Positions 45,351 to 56,441 of a DNA stretch of 64,000 nucleotides are shown one piece after another. The DNA is taken from positions 682,001-746,000 of the forward strand of contig CBFFSA010000001.1 in assembly GCA_965644495.1 (NCBI GenBank), read 5' to 3'. The notes under the pieces are model-generated. The model was not told where the DNA came from, ran no database searches, and worked only from the letters and a program-made list of their open reading frames with translations. A program made the position numbers and the translations under genes. Position 1 is the first letter of the stretch. The number at the start of each line of letters is the position of its first letter. Source of the DNA: Perkinsela sp. CCAP 1560/9. Its lineage: Eukaryota; Protista; Euglenozoa: Kinetoplastea.

Positions 45351-46068
45351 CTGTCATACCCCCCCACTTTATACTTCCGCCGGTTTCGGTACTTTTGGAA
45401 GTAGAAAGGGGGGGGTCTCACTTTCGGAAGTATAAAGGGGGGGTCTGATTTTTTGAAAAATCCACAAAACAAATGTTTTGAAAAGGGGGCAAAAAAAAAG
45501 AATGCGCCGCTTCGCGGCGCTGGTTTTCTATTATTCTAGATAAAAATCAATCATCTAATCTCCAAACATGCAGGGCATAATAACCCCATCGCGCTTGCGA
45601 CCACGATAGATTTATTTTTTTCTGGAAAAAACCGACACCATTCTTCCGGACGGAGCGGATGGTTCGAGATCAGACGCCGTACATCTCGCTGATTTGTTGA
45701 GCACTGCTACTCGAATGACACACATTCAACTTCTCCTACATTGTTGGGTTCTTTCCTCCTTGGGGTGAGCCGATGGACACTGGTAACGTCGCAGGCTCCG
45801 CGCTTGAAACTATTATTTCGTTGGGAGTCCCAACGCGATGAAGAGGGGTATAATGCTTAACTGACTGTGAGTAATGGCATGGGAACAAATTTATATCTAG
45901 GAATACCTCTACACACATCTCTAACTTTTAATACAAAAACATGTGGAAAATGGTTTTAAAAAAAATTGACCGGAAGTATAAATGGGGGGGTGCTGATTTT
46001 TAGTCGGGATGAAAACGAAAGTATAAAGGGGGGGTTCACCCCCCTGAAGTATAAAGGGGGGGTGACAG
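45351..46068. mobile_element. TA-flanked MITE with repeated GAAGTATAAAGGGGGG motifs
   Basis: TA|CTGTCA..CCCCCC..TTTATACTTC vs GAAGTATAAAGGGGGGGTGACAG|TA; motif repeated at 45398-45445 and 45972-46062. Confidence 0.75.
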
Positions 46069-47144
46069 TATTTATGCTGGAATCTAGAAGCTGAAAGTTG
46101 TTTTTTCTACTTAAAACATTAAAAAAATTGAAATTTTTGAAAAATGCGAATTTTGCTTTAATAAACAAATTTCTTCCATTTTGTTAACTTTACGATTCTG
46201 AAGGTGGTGCTTGAGGTTTCGTCTTTGCAAACGGTGAACAAGCGTAAGCGTCACAAGGATCCCGAAATCATAAAAGAATGACAGAGTATGCACATTTGCT
46301 ATTGGAATGAATGGATTTTATTAAAAAATATTTTTTATCCCACATATTTTCAGCGATCTTTCTTCTTCTTCGAAAGAAATCTTTCTTCTTCTTACGAAAG
46401 AAAAACTTACGAATTATTCTATGCACTAGAATTCGGGAAACGCGGATTTCACTCGTCCAATACCAGTGATGATATTCCAATACCAAGGATACAATACCAT
46501 AATATTCCAATACCAAGGATGATATTCGTACAGTTCATATTTGAGTTCTGTTTTCACACCTCGAATTGCTCGGCTGCTATAATGTCCAGCACTGTTTCAG
46601 CGACCGAAACTGGAATAAACACACATTGCCTATCGTCCAGAACCTTTGGTTTCACATCAACTTTCAGTAATGCATGCTTGATGATTTCCAGAGCGCCTTT
46701 GTCTTCAAATCTAATGAAGAAGCCTTCTGTACTACATACCATAAATTATAATCAGAACCTTGTAGTTCAATATTAATAAAAACATTATTTTCTTGTTCTC
46801 ATTATACTGGTAGTGAGTACACATCATCTTGTAACTACCACAGCTTGAATTACCAGAGCTTTAATTACTGATTAAACTACCTGCTTAAATATTTGAGAAA
46901 ATGGTTGAGCACACTACAGAAGCCTTGTACACTGTACATATTATCAGGAATGATAGTCAGCCTACATTCGTATATCTAAACCGCTTTGTATAATTGCCAT
47001 CATGATGTCAAGTAGTGCGATCATACGGCAGGATTAGGAAAAGGTCGTTCTCGCATGGGTAATTCGGCCGAAAACTTGGAAAACGTCACCCTGGGAGAGC
47101 AAGGTGGTACTGCATCAACAACAACAGGTGGAAACAAAGATCTC

Positions 47145-47200
47145 TTTTTTCGCAAGGGAGGAACTTTTTTCGCAAGGGTGGAACTTTTTCCGCAAGGGAG
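47145..47200. repeat. 20-bp tandem repeat, about 3 copies (CTTTTTTCGCAAGGGWGGAA)
   Basis: Direct reading of the sequence. Confidence 0.7.
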
Positions 47201-47376
47201 TGTAGATAAACGTTTCTAACACACCATAAAATTGTAGTCGTGAACTCCGAAAATTGTGTCGTTACTGGTACGTGATTAAATGCTCACGTATCTTGTAAAA
47301 CTGAACAACATACCGTCACATGACCAGTTAGCATAGTATACACATGCTTTCCACTAACCGAGCGCAAATCAAAGAG

Positions 47377-49275
47377 TCAACCAGAACCGGTACAACGATG
47401 CACGCACAGAACAAAAGTACACGACGTTTCAGGTGCACGATAATCATTTACCAACATAACATAATAACATAAAGGTGTTGGAATCTCTTTTAACATTTTT
47501 CCGTTTCGATTTTCTTTGGTATCGGTTTCATCAGTCGTAGATATCTGATTCAACTGTGCGCAATATGTTCTTTCCTCGGTCAGAAACTCACTCGCGTTAA
47601 CCCGTATAAGACTCTCACAATTGTTTTTCCATGCAACCCGGGCTCTCTGCGCGTAGACGCCCTGGATCTCTTCAATGTGCACAACTGAACGACACAGAGG
47701 ACAGCGAAACTCATCAGACAGCTGATGTGTAGACGTAAGTTCCGAACGACGGACTTTCTGCAAACAACCCTCGTGAAAGTAATGTTTACAAGGCGTGACG
47801 ACAGCGCTTAGTTTGCCACCCGCTCCATCGCTCAGTGGCTCGGTGCACAAACAGCATTCCTCAACCGATGTGGGCGATTCTGCATAGTCAACGTGATAGA
47901 GAGAACACACCACATCCCAAGCCATACGAGGGTCGGGAAGGGGAATAATGCTGTACTGCCCTATCACAGAAAACCCTTGATCAGATGCAGTGTTCTCCGT
48001 GCGAGAACTCGATCTCGTCCTATGCGATTCCAATCTCATTGGTCCGGTTTCGTCGGAAGACATGCTGCTTCCTTCAGACTGGTTATTCGACGGTGCGTCA
48101 TCCTCCATGGTGACCACAATTGTATCTTCCGAACTGGAGGATTCCTCTGTTTCCCAATCCTCGGAGTCACCTTGCGGCGCGGAAGCGTCGCTCGTAGGCT
48201 CTTCGCATTGGGGTTCCTCGCGCTTGTTTGCTCCACGGATGCGCTCTTCTTCTGTACCTTTAGAGGGGCTTAACTCAAGTTTCTTTTTAGTTCTCTTCTC
48301 CATTTCGATTTCTTTTTCCAGACGCTGTGTCTGTACCTTTTCATTTAGCGCTGCCCGATCCCGACAATGGTCTATTAAATGATGAAACAGAAAGTCGGGT
48401 ACAACAATAATTTTCTTCCCCACGGGAAAGATCTCAAACTCCATCACATCCTCCATCCATGACGTACCCAACTTATTGCTACACAGTCGAATGTTATGCC
48501 CAATATCCCCACACGGGTAGTACACATCCTCTGATGAGGCCACGAACTCCGCTACAGGATCCGACGAACGTTCTGTCCCCTCTACCTGTGCTTCCTCTAC
48601 GGGTTTTCTCCCCCTCTCCCCCTCCCTCCCTGCCCTCGACGGGCGTCTCACCACCCACCTCTCCTCCCCGTCTGCACGAACGATTTCCTCCATCTCCTCT
48701 TTCGAGAGTTCCAACAGAATCGCGGGGTCGTCTCCGACCCAGCTCAGAAAGTGCCGCCAGTGTCGTCGCCAGTGCGTCGTGGCACACCCGAGGCAGAGGT
48801 CGAACCCACTGAAGCCGACATCGAAGCTCGTCGCGTCGCGCTCCCCGGCGTCATCCACGCACTGGTACCCCAGCACGAGCTTGTGGTCGCACTGGTCACA
48901 GATGAGATCCGCGTTGGGGACCGGCAGCGGGTTGAAGAAGCGAAGCACAATCAGGCCGTACCGCGGGTGGTGGTAGTACATGAGCTCGTGGCAGATGACG
49001 TTGTTGGGGAGCGGCAGGGGGTGGGTGGGCCACAGCGCTTTGCGTCGCACGGAGCGCAGTAGGGTGCGGGCGGCCTCGTGGGCGGAGAGCATGGTGCCGA
49101 GGTCGTGGTGCTCGGTGTCCGCGACACGGCTGATCATGTCGCACATTTCGAGATCCGCGGCACGGGAGGGTTCCGGGAGGTCCGCGAGGAGAACTCGGAT
49201 TTGGGCGAGGGTGGCGAGGAGGCGTTCACGAGAGCGCTCGGGGCCCATGTTGAGAACGCGGTTGAAGAGGTTCAT
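47377..49275 (-). CDS. RING-H2 zinc finger protein with N-terminal ZZ-like finger (putative E3 ligase)
   Basis: CDQC..YQC..FDLCLGC; CCLC..PCKHYFHEGC..CPLCR. Confidence 0.85.
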   Translation of the reverse strand: MNLFNRVLNMGPERSRERLLATLAQIRVLLADLPEPSRAADLEMCDMISRVADTEHHDLGTMLSAHEAARTLLRSVRRKALWPTHPLPLPNNVICHELMYYHHPRYGLIVLRFFNPLPVPNADLICDQCDHKLVLGYQCVDDAGERDATSFDVGFSGFDLCLGCATTHWRRHWRHFLSWVGDDPAILLELSKEEMEEIVRADGEERWVVRRPSRAGREGERGRKPVEEAQVEGTERSSDPVAEFVASSEDVYYPCGDIGHNIRLCSNKLGTSWMEDVMEFEIFPVGKKIIVVPDFLFHHLIDHCRDRAALNEKVQTQRLEKEIEMEKRTKKKLELSPSKGTEEERIRGANKREEPQCEEPTSDASAPQGDSEDWETEESSSSEDTIVVTMEDDAPSNNQSEGSSMSSDETGPMRLESHRTRSSSRTENTASDQGFSVIGQYSIIPLPDPRMAWDVVCSLYHVDYAESPTSVEECCLCTEPLSDGAGGKLSAVVTPCKHYFHEGCLQKVRRSELTSTHQLSDEFRCPLCRSVVHIEEIQGVYAQRARVAWKNNCESLIRVNASEFLTEERTYCAQLNQISTTDETDTKENRNGKMLKEIPTPLCYYVMLVNDYRAPETSCTFVLCVHRCTGSG

Positions 49276-49560
49276 GGGGGAATGTAGACAAAGGAAAGAA
49301 AGTTTATGTCGAATGGTTGATATCCATGTTTTTTAGTGATATCATATACAGGACAAAATCACAATATTGGAGAATTTAATGTGCAATCGCGAAAGCATAC
49401 GACACATAAAGGATCCATTTTTGTATTAGCTCAGCTCAAGCAAAGAAGTAGAAAGTTTTAACTAATGATCTCTTAACGGGAAATTAACTTGTAATTTTGA
49501 CGTAAATTAAAATGTTTTTCCACAATTACGGACAACAATGGAATATTCAGTTCGTTAATA

Positions 49561-51207
49561 CTACGCTTCGTCAACAGGCGCCGAGGGACCTGAGGATTTG
49601 CTCTCCTTTCCCTTTATGCCAGAAACGACATCATCAATGCGTAGCATAATACAGGCCGCTTCAACCGCTGTCTTCAAGCACTGAAGTTTCACGACCAAGG
49701 GCTCAATCACTTTCAACTCTCGTACATCCGAAACCTCTCCGGTAACACCGTCCACTCCCCAAGTGGCGCCCCTACCTGGAGTAGCATGCTTGGCGCGAAC
49801 TTCAGTGAGTGTTCGTATGGTGTTTGCACCACAGTTCTGAATTAGCGTTCGCGGAATCACTTCCAGCGCTTTCGCAACGGCTTGGTAGGCAAGTTGTTCT
49901 TCCCCCGCAATGGATTTCGACTTTTCCATCAGCCGTGAGGAGAGCTCTAACTCCAATGCGCCCGCACCAAACACAACATGGGGAGTCACGAATACATTAC
50001 GTGCCACACAAAGCGCATCGCGTAGATTTCGCTCCGTCTCGTTAAGCACATCCTTGGATGCGCCTCGTAGCACAATACTGCACGCCTTCGGGTTTTCACA
50101 TTTCTCAAAGTAGGAGAAGTACTCATCACCGATTTTTCGCACCTCGAAGAGACCGCACTGGGTGCCGACGGCCTCGTCAGTGAGATCCTCTACGGAGCTT
50201 ACAATTGTAGCCCCGCAGGCACGTGCCAGGCGGTTGTTATCTGTCTTTCGTAGTCGACGGATCACGGAAACGCCAGCCCGGGCAAGGAAATGAGCTGCCA
50301 AATCTGACACTCCCTTTTCTGTGATGACAATGGATGGTTCATATGCCGCCAGTTTAGAGCACAATCCGCGGATAAAGTCTTCTTCCTGTCGGATTAGCAG
50401 TTCAAAATCCGTGTCTTTGGTTATTTCAACGTTGAAACTTGTCTCAGGCTTCTTGTACTCCAGAGGACAGTCCAGCAGCAGGATGCGTGGGTTCACTATG
50501 CGACGACTCATTTTCGGGTGCACCACATCCTTGTTGAACATCACTCCGACAAGAACCTCACTGTCTTCTAATGAACCTCCTGGGATTTTCTCGATCTTCA
50601 CATAGCGCTTTAAATCGACTTCCAGCGATGCGGAATTTTTCTCTCCCTTCTGGATACATCGGACAGAAGTCACGGCGAGTTTCGACATAATCATATCCTG
50701 TCTGGAGGTTACCTTCGTCCCCACACAGGTACGGATTAGCTCCTGCAGCTTCGTCTCATTTTCCAAATCAATCGTCTCCGACATATCCGGCAGACGAAGA
50801 ATCTCAAGCCCATCATGTAGAGCGCGATAAAAGCCTCGGACAATTGTTAGGGGGTGCATGCTGTCTTCCAGGAGTGCGGGACAAAGTCCTAGGAGTTCCC
50901 CTGTGAGCACAATCACAGAGGTGGTGCCATCCCCGACCTCATCATCCTGGACGCGGCTGAGTTCAATCATATGCTTCGCGGAGGGATGCACAACGTCGAT
51001 TTCACGAAGAATACTATTCCCGTCGTTGGTGAGGGTAATGCCCCCCATGGGGTCGAGGACCATTTTCAGCATCGCACAGGGACCCAGAGTGGAACGAATG
51101 AGCTCACTGACGGCTTGGGCGGCCTGGATATTGTTGAGCTGCGCCTTGCGACCACTCTCACGTTGGGTGTTCGCATTGAGGACGACAACAGGCTGGGCCA
51201 TAGACAT
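49561..51207 (-). CDS. CCT3: T-complex protein 1 subunit gamma
   Basis: RESGRKAQLNNI, TNDGNSILREIDVVHP, VGDGTTSV, RRLRKTDNNR, LRIDDVVSG. Confidence 0.97.
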   Translation of the reverse strand: MSMAQPVVVLNANTQRESGRKAQLNNIQAAQAVSELIRSTLGPCAMLKMVLDPMGGITLTNDGNSILREIDVVHPSAKHMIELSRVQDDEVGDGTTSVIVLTGELLGLCPALLEDSMHPLTIVRGFYRALHDGLEILRLPDMSETIDLENETKLQELIRTCVGTKVTSRQDMIMSKLAVTSVRCIQKGEKNSASLEVDLKRYVKIEKIPGGSLEDSEVLVGVMFNKDVVHPKMSRRIVNPRILLLDCPLEYKKPETSFNVEITKDTDFELLIRQEEDFIRGLCSKLAAYEPSIVITEKGVSDLAAHFLARAGVSVIRRLRKTDNNRLARACGATIVSSVEDLTDEAVGTQCGLFEVRKIGDEYFSYFEKCENPKACSIVLRGASKDVLNETERNLRDALCVARNVFVTPHVVFGAGALELELSSRLMEKSKSIAGEEQLAYQAVAKALEVIPRTLIQNCGANTIRTLTEVRAKHATPGRGATWGVDGVTGEVSDVRELKVIEPLVVKLQCLKTAVEAACIMLRIDDVVSGIKGKESKSSGPSAPVDEA

Positions 51208-51335
51208 CGTTGCGAAGAATTGAAAAGGGAGATGAATACTAAATGATTAAATGTTGTAGTGAAATGATCTTAATGTGTAAAATACACATGTTATACATTA
51301 ACACAACTCCCTATTAAATAAAGTTAGGTCTTGCG

Positions 51336-52676
51336 TCACGCATTAATACCACCCAAGCAACCTCGAAGAGCGTGGGAAATGTGAAACATCGCAATAGCAC
51401 CGGCCACGCATGCGGGCAAACCTCTTCCCTTGGCGAATATTTGTTCTTTGTACTTGTCACTGACTATTTGCACAATAAATCGCGCGTGAGGAATTAATGT
51501 CTCTGAGGGATATAGGTTTTCTTGGCAAAGCACCAACAGAATATCTTTTTCAGAACGACGGTTGGCTAAATACGAGAGAAGTGTTTGAGTATCATCAAGA
51601 AATATACAGGGTAATTGTGCTTTGTCCCAGGCATCCTTCCTAACGTCATTGTCCAACAATGAAAAATTCTGCGAAGGGGTGTAAGTTGGTAGCAAAACCA
51701 AAATTTCATGTTTCTTTAGGATATCCTCAATGATAGTAGCATCGTCTAGAAATACAGAATCAACGAAGAAATAAGATCCTACGGCGCCTTGTCGATTAAT
51801 TTTACGTTTGCCAGAGTAGTAGACTGTTTTGATACCAAAGGCGTTGGCATTACGGATGCTTCCTCCGAGAGTTCTAAAATCTATAGTATTTTCGTAATAG
51901 ATGGAAAAATTTCCTAATCGATTTTTCTTTGCATATTTAAGCACGTCTGTATTCGGACGTTGATAAAGAGATGGTCGAACGGGGCGCAAATCTCCGTTTC
52001 GTTCCGGCCGTTTTTCAGCAAAGTCGTCGCACATGAAATTTTGCGTCGCAGAAGTATTCCCTATTATTAAGCGGCTTCGGGATACGTTGTGTGAAATGTG
52101 CAGGCAATGCAACGCGATGGCTAACGCCGTGACGACGTTCAGTGAGGAAATGGTTCCCTGTTGAGGAATGTAAACGGTGTCATCAGAGCTAGAAATGGTA
52201 GCTGAACTCACACCGGCATTCTCATCGCCAATTACCAGCGAACAGAGTGGAGGCCAGGCATAGCGCAGTATATTTTGAGCTCCCTCAATGTAGTTCTCAA
52301 GGGCAACTTTTTTCCCAGCAAGCACATTGATCTCGTTATGTTCGTTGAATTTTTTGCATATCGTCCTCTCGGTTTCTACCATTCCATCTGTGCCAAATCT
52401 TGCAATCACTGAAGGTTCCGCAGAATCCGAGTTGCTCGGCTTATGATGCCACAGTCCTTGGACATCGGAAAATCCGTTTCTTAAACTCGAAAAGACGGGT
52501 GGAGCAGTTTGAAAAAAGAGACACACGCGTATGAAATTCGTGTGGTTGAGCGCCGTGCGGCAGCCCTGAGCGATCGGAGTGCAAAAAAGGCCTTGCTTCT
52601 CGGGCCATGCTAGATTTCTCGACCAGGCGGTAACACTCTGAACGAACGGATTTTTAGCCTTCAGTGTTCTTAGTAT
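51336..52676 (-). CDS. Tandem SpoU/TrmH-like (SPOUT) RNA methyltransferase; no in-frame ATG for the N-terminus
   Basis: LVIGDENAGVS, YIPQQGTISSLNVVTA; second unit LGGSIRNANAFG..GLPACVAGAIAMF; frame open up to 52694, putative start ATA at 52676. Confidence 0.75.
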   Translation of the reverse strand: MLRTLKAKNPFVQSVTAWSRNLAWPEKQGLFCTPIAQGCRTALNHTNFIRVCLFFQTAPPVFSSLRNGFSDVQGLWHHKPSNSDSAEPSVIARFGTDGMVETERTICKKFNEHNEINVLAGKKVALENYIEGAQNILRYAWPPLCSLVIGDENAGVSSATISSSDDTVYIPQQGTISSLNVVTALAIALHCLHISHNVSRSRLIIGNTSATQNFMCDDFAEKRPERNGDLRPVRPSLYQRPNTDVLKYAKKNRLGNFSIYYENTIDFRTLGGSIRNANAFGIKTVYYSGKRKINRQGAVGSYFFVDSVFLDDATIIEDILKKHEILVLLPTYTPSQNFSLLDNDVRKDAWDKAQLPCIFLDDTQTLLSYLANRRSEKDILLVLCQENLYPSETLIPHARFIVQIVSDKYKEQIFAKGRGLPACVAGAIAMFHISHALRGCLGGINA

Positions 52677-53099
52677 CTCTCGGAGATAGGAAGTTTAAAA
52701 GATGAAGAGCATGTTACAACAGAAAGTCTTCAAAGTTGAAAGAACTAATCTAAATCTCGGATCTACATATTACACTAACTAGGAATAATTATTTTTAGAT
52801 TAGAGGTAAGAAATCATGCACAACTACGACTAATTCAAGTAGAAATTTTTCAGAAACACAAAACATACTTAACGCAGAAAAATAGATTCAGGAATAGAGT
52901 TTAGTTTGATACTAAAATAAAATTGCGTTGAAAGTCATGTTACAGTGTGTTCGTTTAAACGCAAAAGTGTGTATGTTGAAAGGAATAGATGCGAAAACAG
53001 AATTCAACCCAGTAGAACCCAGTAGAAAAGCTGTCCAACAAGTCCACCCAAGATTAAAATTTATCTTCAAGATTCATGCATGAGGGGAATTTGTTTAGG

Positions 53100-56000
53100 T
53101 TAAGTATTTTGATCTTTTGACATTTTCTCAGATGAATCCCTTGTCTCGCGTTTGCGGTCTTTCGGCTTCCGAGATCGCATCTCCAATAGAGGATGAAGGT
53201 ATTCCTGATTCATCTTTTCCATTGTAAAAGTCTTGCTCTCCGTCCACATGTTGCGATAAATGGATATTCCTTCCAATGTTTCGTCGTCAATGTCCCAGGA
53301 TGATACCGTAACAGCAAAGAGTAGTCGACTCATAGTTTCCATTGCAGTACTGACGTAGGACTGAGCCGTGGTAACCCCCGATAAATGCTCAATAGCTCTT
53401 TTTTCATAAAACTCGCTCAAATCCTTGCTGTCGGACGCCAGAAATGTCAATAATCGGTATCTTCTCCACAAATGTCTCCGCCTCTTGATGCTTCCTAAAA
53501 GCCTGGCCCGTGGCCATGCTACTGTATACGTGTTCACTATTTCTTGCCATTTCGTGTTCGCTGGTGCGTTTCGAGGAATCGGAAGCAACTCGTCACAGAG
53601 AGCTGCGAGGGATTCAAGAAACACCCCAAACGCACTGGTATCAACCCAAACATGCTGAAAATAAAACCGATACCCAGACTTAAACACAGCTGTGTCATGT
53701 GACCGATCTTCCCACTTTCCATGACACTCCGTCACCGCGACCGTGACATCCACATTGGGGAAACACGCCGCTGTGTGGGTTAACAGCAACGCAGGAAATT
53801 TCGTATCCTGCAGATGTACCTTCCGTGCCACCGTGGAACGAAAATCGACATCCACATAGAGTCGAAACAGCTCCGAGCGCACCTCCTCGACACAGAATGG
53901 TGTCTGGTCAGCGTGTCGTATGGCACTCTCCCACTGCAGGAGATACGAACCTAATTTATTTTTTGGGATATGATACATCGCCCCTCGTTGTGACACGTGC
54001 GTGGGTTGAGGCCTTGCGAGTTCCAGCACGGTGTTCTCAGCCATCCACTTCTCTAGACCATCACGCGGCCAATAACTCTCTGGAGCTTTTTTCGAGGTCC
54101 CGGGGAGAGTTTCCAGGACCATGGGAGGGGGAAGCTCCGGTTCCGGGGGAAAGTCTTCTAAGTTGTCCACGGAGGGAACTGTGACAAGGGGAGAGGCGGT
54201 GACCGAGGAAGGAGAGGATTGTGATAATGCGCCAAGAGCTACGGAATGGATTATGTTACAGCATTGATGGCTGCTCTCACGATACACCAGATGAAGGTGC
54301 GTGACCTCAAAGATAAGAGGGACCCAATTCGCGAATAGCTCGGCGCGAACACGCTCGGCCTCCTCAGGGGGGTATTGACCAATGGAGAGTAGCGCGGGGC
54401 TGTGGTCGACAGTACACATGGAGTAGGCCCAGAGCAGAAGCTCACGTAATTTGTGGACCGCGGCCTCAAAGGGGGGCAGGGGTTCCAGTTTCAACCCTAC
54501 GGTGGTACGCCCGAAATTTGCCTTGGAGTCAAAGTTGTGAAGCCGCGCGCGAAAAGGAGGACAGCGGGCGGCGATGGATGAAAGAGCTTTCATAACAACG
54601 GGGAGCTGTTCGCCTTGTAAAGATATAAAAGGATGGCAGATCTTTATATGGGGCATCCAACGAGGATAATAAGGATCACCATTAAGTCTCAGTTTGTCTA
54701 TAGATTTCCACGTTCCCACGGGTGGCAAAATGACAACCGCGGTATTTGAATCCAGTTGGACTGGGCGCACAAAGGGCTGGAAAGATTCTTCCATGTGTAT
54801 TACAGATCGTACAGCATAGTGACTACTCAGGAATAACCCACTTGCATCCGGAGTTCTTGCTACAATCTGGGTTTCCGTAGGAATCAGCAGACCACGCACC
54901 ATTATACGATCCAGACGGCGTGATTCCTTTCGTGGTCCACATGACAAATGTGACAGTGGGTTATTTTCATAGTCAAAGGTAACACCTGCCTCGCTTCCTC
55001 GGAGAGTCTTCCAGCTGTCCAGAAAAGCGGCTAAAGGCTCCGACGTTGTCTCAGTATCTGCGTCACCAAAGTTAAAATCGCCGAGAAGAATCTGATCAGT
55101 GCCATCTGTAAAGGTTTTGCATATTGCAGCTAACTCTTCGACACGTCTTGAGCTGGATTCGCGGGCAAAATCACTAATTAACTGAATGTTTGCTATTGAA
55201 AGCGTGCGGTTCTTCTGGGATTCCAATACTATGAATACAGCATGCTTTTGGGGTGAGAGACGAAGTACTTGAGCGTTCGAAATTTTGAGCCTAGAGAGAA
55301 TAACTTGCCCGATAGCAACGTCAGAAGGTAAATATGTCAGAGAATACTGAGATATCAAGGGTTCATAATCCGATAAAGCCTTCCAAAACTTGGGCGTAAT
55401 TTCCTGAAGCGCAATGATATCACAGTTGCTTAAAGCCAGAAACTTAAGTTGTAAAGGGAGTCGCTCTTCGCTCCTACGCAAATTATTTTCATCAAAGAGA
55501 TCACACAAAACATTCCAACTTAACAACGAAAGCGAACTTTTACTGAGGCATCTGTTTTGAGGGCACGTCAACATTTGCAATGACTCTACTAATGGATATC
55601 CTCCATGAGTCTTAAATGGGCGCGATAGATGAATATTTTGGAAACTTTGTGGCTTCGAAACTGTAGCGGAATTTTCGACTGATTTATCTTTCGATGTCAT
55701 AAATATTTCATCTGCGAATGGCGCGCCAGAGCTTAGTTGTGCACTTTCTGTTGCCAAAGGTATGGAATTCGACGCGGTTATGTTTAAAGGCTTTTCGAAA
55801 GGGTTTTTCTTTCCTGTGCTTTGAGTTGATTTCGGCCGCATGGGAATCTGGCTTTTGTGTTGGTCCACGGAAAACCGAAATGTTTGGCATATCACAAAAA
55901 GCATGCATTCCCCAGGAAGAATGTCGCTAAGCACATCGTTGCATCGCAAGTAGCATTCCTCAAGATGGGGATCAATGTCTAGATGAATTGAGATCGTATG

Positions 56001-56171
56001 GTGTGGATATTCGTCAGGAACTTGGAAAGATAACTTCACTCCCTGGTACACAGTAGTAAACAGTCGGCTTTCTTCTAGAAAAAACGCTTCTTGATCAGAC
56101 CCCAATGAAGTAGAAACAAGAGAAAGCTCTTCCCGTAAACGGTCGTGGTCGATCTCAGAAAAGGAATCCAT
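53100..56171 (-). CDS. Multidomain RWD-like / EEP nuclease-phosphatase / 2H phosphoesterase / AEP primase-like protein
   Basis: VPDEYP (RWD); SWNVL, IALQEI, LGDFN, RLDRI, SSHYAV (EEP); RWMPHIKICHPF (2H/LENG9-like); FRLYVDVDF..KSGYRFYF (AEP-like). Confidence 0.8.
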   Translation of the reverse strand: MDSFSEIDHDRLREELSLVSTSLGSDQEAFFLEESRLFTTVYQGVKLSFQVPDEYPHHTISIHLDIDPHLEECYLRCNDVLSDILPGECMLFVICQTFRFSVDQHKSQIPMRPKSTQSTGKKNPFEKPLNITASNSIPLATESAQLSSGAPFADEIFMTSKDKSVENSATVSKPQSFQNIHLSRPFKTHGGYPLVESLQMLTCPQNRCLSKSSLSLLSWNVLCDLFDENNLRRSEERLPLQLKFLALSNCDIIALQEITPKFWKALSDYEPLISQYSLTYLPSDVAIGQVILSRLKISNAQVLRLSPQKHAVFIVLESQKNRTLSIANIQLISDFARESSSRRVEELAAICKTFTDGTDQILLGDFNFGDADTETTSEPLAAFLDSWKTLRGSEAGVTFDYENNPLSHLSCGPRKESRRLDRIMVRGLLIPTETQIVARTPDASGLFLSSHYAVRSVIHMEESFQPFVRPVQLDSNTAVVILPPVGTWKSIDKLRLNGDPYYPRWMPHIKICHPFISLQGEQLPVVMKALSSIAARCPPFRARLHNFDSKANFGRTTVGLKLEPLPPFEAAVHKLRELLLWAYSMCTVDHSPALLSIGQYPPEEAERVRAELFANWVPLIFEVTHLHLVYRESSHQCCNIIHSVALGALSQSSPSSVTASPLVTVPSVDNLEDFPPEPELPPPMVLETLPGTSKKAPESYWPRDGLEKWMAENTVLELARPQPTHVSQRGAMYHIPKNKLGSYLLQWESAIRHADQTPFCVEEVRSELFRLYVDVDFRSTVARKVHLQDTKFPALLLTHTAACFPNVDVTVAVTECHGKWEDRSHDTAVFKSGYRFYFQHVWVDTSAFGVFLESLAALCDELLPIPRNAPANTKWQEIVNTYTVAWPRARLLGSIKRRRHLWRRYRLLTFLASDSKDLSEFYEKRAIEHLSGVTTAQSYVSTAMETMSRLLFAVTVSSWDIDDETLEGISIYRNMWTESKTFTMEKMNQEYLHPLLEMRSRKPKDRKRETRDSSEKMSKDQNT

Positions 56172-56441
56172 GATGCGGATTAACTTTCAAAAAAGAAATA
56201 GACTATGAAAAATGGTAATTCATCAGCACAGCAAAATCCTGTATACAAAGTGATAAAAATTCTTCATTCAAAAAATACTGATGAGTTTCGGCGTGCAATC
56301 ACATCGCAAGGTCCATGCAAATATTTACAGTCTTGTAATAGTGTTCAACAACAGAACTTATTTTATAGTATGCCTAAGTGCAAACTTTGCATTGCTCTGT
56401 CAATGTATACCTAAATACGCAATAGAAAGTTATTCTAGTGA

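Noticed and set aside
24113-46068. Fanzor/TnpB RNA-guided nuclease associated with the transposons
   Set aside because: No ORF with RuvC plus zinc-finger motifs was seen in any island
13701-52697. Stop-codon reassignment suggested by isolated in-frame TAA codons
   Set aside because: Long conserved genes have no internal stops and end normally in TAA/TAG/TGA
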